Part shown: positions 61,477 through 64,000 of the stretch, one piece after another
Numbering within the stretch: position 1 is the stretch's first letter
Layout of the letters: each line of letters starts with the position of its first letter
Origin: Schmidtea polychroa
Taxonomy: Eukaryota
Length of the DNA stretch: 64,000 nt
NCBI GenBank assembly: GCA_044892525.1
Contig: CM097885.1
Location: 19,718,001 to 19,782,000, forward strand
Reading direction: 5' to 3'
Position numbers and translations under genes: made by a program
The notes under the pieces: generated by a model
Told to the model about the DNA's origin: nothing
The model's input: only the letters and a program-made list of their open reading frames with translations
Database searches by the model: none

Positions 61477-62481
61477 CTACTTTACGAAAATGTAATGTCA
61501 AATGAGTTTTTGAACCTTTTGGAAAGTTTATAAGTTTTCCACTATCATCATGAATATTTATTTCTATATTGTTTATACATGAACTTGCTATTGGTAAATA
61601 CATGGGATTATCGATATTTATATTGACAACTTCATCATGTTCATATTTTCCAATCCATACCGATTTCAAAAGAGGAACACTGGAATCACCAACAATTATG
61701 GGTTCGATAATGTTAGTATATATGAACATTTGTTGATGATGTTCTAGTATTCTTGGTTTACGTATACCAGTCGATTTTTCTCGATATTTTTGCTTATCTA
61801 ATCCAAGTGAATTTGCCAAATTTTTATCAAATGTAACTTCGCAAATATCCTCATTCAAACTGAAGGTAAACATCAAATCTTTCACAATTTCCAAATTTTT
61901 AAATATGTGTGAACAATTGAACTTTAAATATTTAAGTAATACATCGAGTTTATCAAAATATAATTCATCAGCAAAGGTAAATGATTCTTCAACTTCATCA
62001 TTATACGAGACCGATATTTTGATTTCTTCTTTCATTACACTGTTTTCTTCAAATAGATTAAAACGTAATAAATACTCGGTCTCTGTAACAATATTTTTCA
62101 ACTTATTGCAACCCATTCGTTTGGCATCTTCAATAGTTTCGAATGTTATTGTAAATGGTTTAAAATCACAACTGATATTTAATCCTTCCTTGTAAAACAT
62201 ATAGCAATGCGAATCTAATATTTGATTCGGAATATGATATGTTTTATCATAATTACTGATAACAAAGATACCGCTACATGTTTTCACAATATTCCTTTTG
62301 AAATCAATCTTACATTGACTATAAAATGGGAATGTGTTGTACACGAATGTAAAATCTTGCAGTGCAACTTCCCAGTCACCATTTAAAGAAATCGGATTCT
62401 GGAGATTGACCATGAATTTACTGGCTTGATTGTCTGGATGAATTAATGGACAACTATTGCTCGGTAAAATAGTATAAAAAT

Positions 62482-63651
<1,170 letters not shown>

Positions 63652-63712
63652 TACAGCAAGAAGATTTAAAATTAAATTTAATGTCGGGCAATGAAGGATT
63701 AGCACCCATTGT

Positions 63713-64000
63713 TTATGATTGATTTCCTACAACTCCACCTAATAATGATAATGCCAGAGGTATCAATGCACCAATAAATCCACCTTGTTGTTTATATATA
63801 ATTTTACTCATTTGCTTACGAATTTTATTATTTACTAAAGATAACAATGGTTTCCTATGTTTGCTCAATAAATGCTTTTTTGATTTACTGATTTTAATTT
63901 TGCCTTTGACTACTTTAAGTATAATATTGAGTAAATCATCGACAACAAAATTTGGGAATGATTGCAATATATTCATTCTTTTCATACTCGGGGCCTTTAA
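63713..64000 (-). CDS. Basic core-like protein, 3' part (copy of 46893-47420)
   Basis: Near-identical translation but ends GGVVGNQS. Runs off the window. Confidence 0.7.
   Translation of the reverse strand, partial: LKAPSMKRMNILQSFPNFVVDDLLNIILKVVKGKIKISKSKKHLLSKHRKPLLSLVNNKIRKQMSKIIYKQQGGFIGALIPLALSLLGGVVGNQS

Overview
AT-rich eukaryotic (metazoan) DNA dominated by nested mobile elements, with one clear host gene (intronless STRA6-like, 16098-18146). The 41-48 bp introns and (TAT)n tracts would fit a flatworm or similar invertebrate, but the host cannot be identified from sequence alone. 1-9449 is a decayed Ty3/gypsy-type LTR element (minus strand, tRNA-Trp-type PBS) with the unusual order gag, two ubiquitin-like domains, chuvirus-like fusion glycoprotein, pol. 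It is interrupted by a hATm-type transposon with perfect TIR/TSD. 21499-64000 is best read as three nested Polinton/Maverick (adintovirus-like) genomes. Element Q (minus; 21499-~28160 plus 60691->64000) is interrupted in its capsid gene by a related element P2 (plus; ~28300-60690). P2 is in turn interrupted by an unrelated element P3 (29091-43523). P2 carries host-manipulation cargo: a spliced Bcl-2-family gene, a minimal TBP homologue, several small spliced genes and an integrase whose catalytic motif is split by a microsatellite intron. P3 carries a PLA2-integrase fusion and three tRNA-like Pol III-type units just inside its TIRs. All family assignments are by motif recognition, without database searches.
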